Source: Pavona decussata
Taxonomy: Eukaryota
Length of the DNA: 64,000 nucleotides
Direction of reading: 5' to 3'
Assembly: GCA_977016875.1 (NCBI GenBank)
Contig: CDRNST010000013.1
Coordinates: 1,116,001 to 1,180,000, forward strand
Shown: one piece after another, positions 58,802 to 64,000 of the stretch
Layout: the number at the start of each line of letters is the position of its first letter
Numbering within the stretch: position 1 is the first letter of the stretch
Notes under the pieces: generated by a model
What the model saw: the letters and a program-made list of their open reading frames with translations, nothing else
Database searches by the model: none
Told to the model about the DNA's origin: nothing
Translations under genes and position numbers: made by a program

Positions 58802-61547
58802 GTCACCCTACACAAGAACACGGACAACAGGAGTGACTGCAACAATTACTGGGGCATTTCACTCTTCAGCATCGTGGACAAATTGCTCCGAAGAGACTGC
58901 AAGTCATCGCTGAAAGAGTCTATCCCAAGTCTCAATGAGGATTCAGAGCCAACAGATCAACAATAGACATGGTCTTCTCCATTTAATTATTATTTCTCTA
59001 TTGAAACTGTGATGCCCACAATGGCTAGGGCATGTTTGTAGAATGGAGGAGGGGTGAAACCCAAAGGACATCCTGTATGGTGAACAGGCGGAAAAAAAGC
59101 ACCCCACTGACAGACTGCAACTGCAATTCAAAGACATCTGTAAATGCGACCTGAAATCCATGAACATCGATACAAACTCTTCAGAAACTCTTGAAAAAGA
59201 CAGATCAGCCTGGAGGGGAGCAGAGAAAGATGCCCTTGATACTTTTGAGGAACATAAAGCCTCTACCTTCATCTGCCCCACCTGTGGAAAGGACTGTTAT
59301 TTAAAGAATTGGCCTTTCCAGCCACAGCAGAAGATGCTTCCAGTGTGCAATTCCATGGTCTGACAATAGCAATGGACGTCAATATAATATAAAGACTGGA
59401 ACAATTTAAGCAATGATATTAAGAACTGTGAGTCTACGTTCAGATTTAAATCTACTTATTTTTCAAGTTTATGACTTACTTTATAAACTTTTCATATTGT
59501 CTTTGTTCTTTTATCTATTTCTCCATTATTGTTGTTAGTCACATTTTTATCGTAATTAATATTCAACCCAGAACCTCCTTGAACACCACTTAGTAGGGAT
59601 CCTCCTTAGGTCCTAAACACTCCAAAGAATGAACCACAATCACATGTTTCTCCAATAATATTTTCACCATGTTAACCAATTGCAAGAAAATATTATCAGT
59701 CCTCACATCACATCAAGACAGTGTCTTTGGACTTGTCCACAGTCATATGGACTCAAGACATTTAACCTTTTTCATCTCAACTTTTGTCATTCACCAACAT
59801 CTCCAGGAACAAAGTTCACCTGAAAACCCAAGTTGTTTTTTAAAGCTGTCAGTTTCCACATTATTATAGATTTTAGGTATTAATTTTGCAATTTTCCTCC
59901 AAAACAGAGTTCACCGTGAACCCTCAGTGAACTCTTCATAGGCCTTCGTTATTGTAACATAAACACACAAATTACAGGGGCACACCAAATTCAAATTTTA
60001 GCTATTCCAACCTGATGATTTAAAAGCGAGGTAAATTTGACTATGTATCATATTGAAAACGACAACTTCGTCTTTTGAGAACATTGCAAGAAACATTGAT
60101 TAACATCCATTTTCACCAAATTAAATTCACCAGCAGCACACCAGTTTAAGCAATTTTCCTCACATTCTTTGGTATGTGCAGGATCACACCGACACATTTA
60201 AAAGTCATGTGCCAGTCACAAGCTTGGCTAACCATCAAAACCAACCACAAACGTTTAAGAGTAGCAAAGTTAACATTTTTCCTAAATGTGATGAGGGCAG
60301 TCACCAAACAGAACGGCACAAAAACGTTGTTTGGATTCTTAAGCAGCTTCGTTTGTCCATGAAAAAATTCATTGCTGGTTGTCCCAGAGGGACAGTGGAG
60401 GCAAACAACACACTTATGACATTTTGCATCTTGCACAGTCTGCCACTGAGATATTCCTAGTGGCAAGCAAAGATAAAGGCTACAAATCATCAAATAATAG
60501 ATTAGCGGGTCCATCAACATCAATATGGTGGTGCCACACAAATGGACCTCCTTCATTCAGCATGTCGCTAGTAAACATACTAACCATCCAGATCACCTCT
60601 ACAGGGAACGGACAAGGAGGAACATAAATCGAGAAACTGGATCAAAATTGGTGAGCAGTTGTTGTTTGTTAAGTACTGCATACCAGTAGTTTGTCAAACT
60701 TCATTATTTTTGGAATTTTTTTTACTGAGTAAGACTGTGTAGGCAACCTGCACTTCCATTGCAAGTGCCTAAAAGTTTAACCAATGCAAAATGAATTGGT
60801 GCTTTACCAACCCAGCCACCTTTCAAAAGGATTCCAAAGAAGTAAAAATCCACTGACTTGGTTCAATTTAAGTTATTACACAATGTGGAAGGGCAGATTT
60901 TTTTTTCTGGTGGCCCAGTCACTGACAGAAGTAAAATTTTTGCAAGCATCCTTTTCAACATTGGAACACTCCGATCAGTAAAAAGATGGAGAGAAGTAGT
61001 TTACATTAATTTATCACAAAGTAGCTTTGCCACTTATTTATGGCAAGTGGAATCACCCAGTGTTTAATGAATTTACATACATATACTGTTTTGCTCTTTT
61101 TCTAAAATCAACTCTTATTTTCTGGTCTGTGTTAGATGACGTAGGGCCAGTAAAAATAAGAAAAATTGAACACACGTTGCAAATTGCTACCATAGCTGGC
61201 TTTCTAAGAATAACGCATCATACATTTACTGTTAATAACCATGTACTTCAGTTAAATAGCTACAATGTGGTTTTAATAAATCAAGTGATTGTACAATTAT
61301 ATTGGTTTATGAGATTCAACTTTTTCAGTTTCAGACAGTACACACTGGTAGAAGCAAATCTGTTGGTGTTGACATAATATACCAGTACACTGATGTTGGT
61401 TACAGTTGAGAACAGAAACAACTCTGGCCAAAGAACATTGCATTTCAGTGCTGTATGCATGTGGAACATTACTGTGTTATCACTCAGGAGCATCCCATCA
61501 CATAAACTCTTACTCAACTCTTACTCTAACTGAAAAGAGCACTTTAA

Positions 61548-62243
61548 GGTTACCCTATACCTTCAGAGGTGACTCGCGTTTAAGCGATGTAGCACGTCCA
61601 GTTTACCTAAACCCCTATATCAAATTAAAGCTTATAGAGCTGGCTATCAAACTATACCAGGAATTTTGAAATAAAATGAATTGTCTAATTTGTCACGACC
61701 TCTAAATGTGAGCCTCCGAATCACCTTTTTAAAGCTACAAGTGAAAGCGAATTTTGTTATTCGCTAATTAATTTGCTCCTCAGTTTCCGGACCCAAAGCG
61801 CTAAAAAAACATGTCTGTGTTTTGCCACATTCAACCGCAATGAAAAAGTTATAACGCATTTAGAAATAGGATGGAAAAAATGTGGAGTAATCGTACAAAA
61901 ATCGTTCTCAGGGGGAAAATATTTCGAAAGAAACAATTCGCAGACATGTTTTTGTTGTTTACATTGTATATCTTAAACTAGCTACTGTCCAAATTTGAAG
62001 GCAAACTAACAAATTCCTTTTGAGTTTTAGCTCTTTTAAGTGGCTCCACCAAGTGAAAAATTGATTCGAGAAAACAGCGCTAAAAATTCGGCAATTCATT
62101 TTATTTCAAAATTCTTGGTTTGGTTTAGTTTGATAGCCAGCTCTATAAGCTTTAATTTGAAACAAGGGTTCAGGTATCTACAGTTTAAACCAGAGGCGCT
62201 ACATCGCTTGGACGCGAGACAACTATGAAGGTACAGGGTAACC
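61548..62243. mobile_element. Kolobok-like MITE with ~150-bp TIRs
   Basis: TTAA|GGTTACCCTATACCTTCA ... TGAAGGTACAGGGTAACC|TTAA; shared block CAAATTAAAGCTTATAGAGCTGGCTATCAAACTA in both arms. Confidence 0.85.
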
Positions 62244-63475
62244 TTAACATCAAGTACAATTCTTACATAATATTTTAGCAAGGCCTGGAAACTGTGGGGG
62301 CACCGGTAATTGATGTAAACTTGATGTAAAAATTTCTGCTGACTTCATTTTGCTGTTATTTTCAAAAGCATTATTGTTGATATAACTATGCTCTGAGGGA
62401 GTTTTAAAGTTGCTGCAAAGATAAAAAACATTCAAAACCAGAGTGTGCTTATGCTCTGACGTACAGAACTAATACATTTATTTTAAAGCAGATAGGAAGG
62501 CTAGGCACTTTGCAGTTTGTCTCAATAATTATTGTAGAGCAAGTACTTTGTAGATGCTACCAATAACATTTTCATCTTGCCAAAAGTTGCATACGTGAAA
62601 GCCAATTACCTCAAGTCAAGCCTGTATTCCCTTGGTTAATACTGAAGTTTTGGTTGTTTGCATGCCTGCAATGCTATTCTTGTTGAAGTATAATTGAGAA
62701 CAAGGTTAAGAAAGTAAACCAGCTGTTAATTTGCAAACAACCAGAAGAATGTGACAATATTTCATGGAATCAATTTGTCTGTTTCTCTCAGGTAGCAACT
62801 GTAGGACTGGTATAAAATGTTAAATCCGTCTGAAAACTACACCGTATAAAAGATTAATTTTAAGCTATTGAAAAGCACAATAAAAGATAAACAAAGTGAA
62901 AAGATGAACTAGCTCTAACATACATCAGGAAGACAAGAAGATGTGCATCTGCAGATTTTCAGATGTGCATGTATATGATCAGCAGTTGCGTTAACACACT
63001 TCTCATGAAATTTTCAAATGTTAATTTGGCCCTTGAATTTTGTTGGATTATTTTTATTTACTTTTATCTCCCCAGAGTGTGTTGTGTTAGTGAAAGAATT
63101 AATCCATGAGGGGTGTGGTCAGTGATCATAGTGAAAGACATGGCATTGGAAGGGGACTCCATAAAACAAGTACATGTAAGATATGTTTCAAATTGTTTGC
63201 AAATTTAAACGAATAATGTTCAAGGCTAAATTGTGACCCTTACATGCAAAACATAGTTAGAGTCATCTATTCAAAATAACTTCAGTCTTTTGAATAGTTA
63301 CAGATCTTTGGTTCAAAGCAAACATCAAGCCGTTCACAATGAGGCATGCAAAAGAATTGAATGAAACATGAGATTAAAACCTTTCAAATTAAAAACACAA
63401 TTCTATTTAAAGGATCCAGGTGACACCCACAGTGCCTTGTACACCATGACCACAATATGCAGCATTTCCTCTTAA

Positions 63476-63761
63476 GAGCGGCTGCTTGTAAGAATCGAGA
63501 ACTGCATTTCAGCGACCACTTGGTCGAATTTCTGATATTTCGTTTGAAGATACCCTTGGATTAACTATTTTCGAAAATCATATTTTAAAGTTCCAAGGTA
63601 TTTTATTTTTTGAGAAAATTGTAAGAGTTTGAAATGCGGCCAAGGTGCGGTCACTGGCTCAAATTAATAAGCCAGTGTGACACTGATCAACTGTAACTCG
63701 ATATTCCCTTCGACTGAGTGGTCGCTGAAATGCAGTTCTCGATTCTTACAGGCAGCCGCTC
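63476..63761. mobile_element. Sola3-like MITE (286 bp)
   Basis: TTAA|GAGCGGCTGC..CAGCGACCACT 45-bp TIR with 1 mismatch ..CCGCTC|TTAA; GAG..CTC termini with a TTAA TSD are the Sola3 signature. Confidence 0.85.
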
Positions 63762-64000
63762 TTAAACCAACACCACATTCTAAACTTATGAGCAGTCTTA
63801 CTTGATGGATTGTTTGTTTGTCATATATTTTTATCTTGTAAGATTTGAGATAAAAACTCAGGACTATTATCACTTGGCAACTCTGCTTTGCAAATCAACT
63901 CAAACAAAAGTGGAGTTGAATCATCACATAAATCATCATTTCAGGACCTCAATCAAAAGATATCTCCATAAGTTGAATGGCTTTCAAATGTATTTGCTGA

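Larger units (their letters stand above)
56085..59390 (+). mobile_element. RTE-clade LINE, internally deleted, split into 56085-56617 and 58802-59390
   Basis: MERWVEHYSEL, KAPGKEGIPPE and ..NI on the left resume as VTLHKN..DCNNY.GISL..GFRANRSTIDMVFS; WLGHVCRM, terminal CPTC..H..C finger, short AT-rich tail. Confidence 0.8.
55555..59480 (+). mobile_element. 3' fragment of a CR1/L2-group LINE, split into 55555-56084 and 59391-59480
   Basis: FRYLGVIFSSHMTWSDHI, LQVLQNKAAKII and RTHWGKQGLGFHGF on the left resume as KDWNNLSNDIK..FKS at 59391. Confidence 0.75.

Noticed and set aside
60140-60630. Cys-rich decayed coding segment (possibly CxC/KDZ transposase-associated)
   Set aside because: Too degraded to assign without an HMM search.

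Overview
Eukaryotic, AT-rich, intron-containing DNA made almost entirely of transposable elements; no intact host gene could be identified. The mix of families (Sola2/3, Kolobok, Crypton, hAT with 5-bp TSD, DIRS/Ngaro, BEL) suggests an anthozoan such as a stony coral (inference). Elements with both ends visible: a PIF/Harbinger transposon (10008-15268, AAT TSD) with spliced Myb/SANT and transposase genes; a hAT element (16931-21257, 5-bp TSD) carrying a three-exon F-box/LRR cargo gene; a very young BEL/Pao LTR retrotransposon (28308-35699, CAACC TSD); an internally deleted Crypton; a piggyBac; and several MITEs. A multi-level nested insertion occupies 55.5-59.5 kb. The most striking observation is that the BEL element has no tRNA-type primer-binding site. 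Instead, the 11 nt directly after the 5' LTR (GTAAAAACTCG) are the exact reverse complement of 11 nt inside the LTR (CGAGTTTTTAC). This is the layout of Tf1-type self-primed reverse transcription, seen here in a BEL/Pao element. Family assignments rest on motif recognition by eye; no database searches were run.
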